NCBI RefSeq assembly: GCF_006345805.1
Contig: NC_042998.1
Coordinates: 133,610,001 to 133,674,000, forward strand
Length of the DNA: 64,000 nt
Reading direction: 5' to 3'
Source of the DNA: Octopus sinensis
Lineage: Eukaryota
Notes under the pieces: model-generated
Told to the model about the DNA's origin: nothing
The model's database searches: none
What the model saw: the letters and a program-made list of their open reading frames with translations, nothing else
Translations under genes and position numbers: made by a program
Shown: piece after piece, positions 63,765 through 64,000 of the stretch
How positions within the stretch are numbered: position 1 is the first letter of the stretch
How the letters are laid out: each line of letters opens with the position of its first letter

Positions 63765-64000
63765 TCTTTTACTCTTTTACTCTTTCATTTGACTGCGGCA
63801 TGCTGGAGCACCGCCTTTAGTCGACCAAATCGACCCTATGACTTATTCTTTGTAAGCCTAGTACTTATTCTATCGGTCTCTTTTGCCGAACCGCTAAGTT
63901 ACGGCGACGTAAACACACCAACATCGGTTGTCAAGCGGTGCTAGGGGGACAAACATAGACACGTAAGCACACACACACACACATATATACGACGGGCTTC
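63765..64000 (-). mobile_element. SINE family A 3' half, running off the window
   Basis: gctggagcaccgcctttagtcgaccaaatcgacc...gacgggcttc. Confidence 0.92.

Overview
This is AT-rich, extremely microsatellite-rich eukaryotic DNA, most likely intronic or intergenic sequence from an Octopus genome. That assignment is an inference from the recognisable tRNA-derived SINE families and the repeat density. No intact protein-coding gene can be supported, and nearly every ORF in the supplied track is a microsatellite artefact. The window is a graveyard of mobile elements: about 20 copies of one tRNA-SINE (family A), about 10 of a second (B), several CORE-like SINEs (C), three R4/Dong non-LTR fragments sitting in (TAA)n arrays, CR1/L2-group and possible RTE LINE remnants, mariner and DD37D-like Tc1 remnants, two non-autonomous Helitrons, and several Penelope-like repeats carrying minimal hammerhead-ribozyme folds beside (TA)n. 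Labels A-D are my own, not published family names. The most notable structures are: a perfect 237-bp palindrome (48626-48862); a family of hammerhead-like motifs with a recurring U4C core variant, including a tandem pair; a SINE with a twin-priming-type 5' inversion bounded by an 11-bp target-site duplication (TSD); a 1.4-kb inverted duplication; a decayed two-strand coding-like island (36.5-40.3 kb); 3'-tail similarity between SINE A and a CR1-group LINE; and apparent partitioning of element classes among microsatellite types. A few candidate exons are listed at low confidence. Boundaries of degraded elements are approximate and were read by eye.
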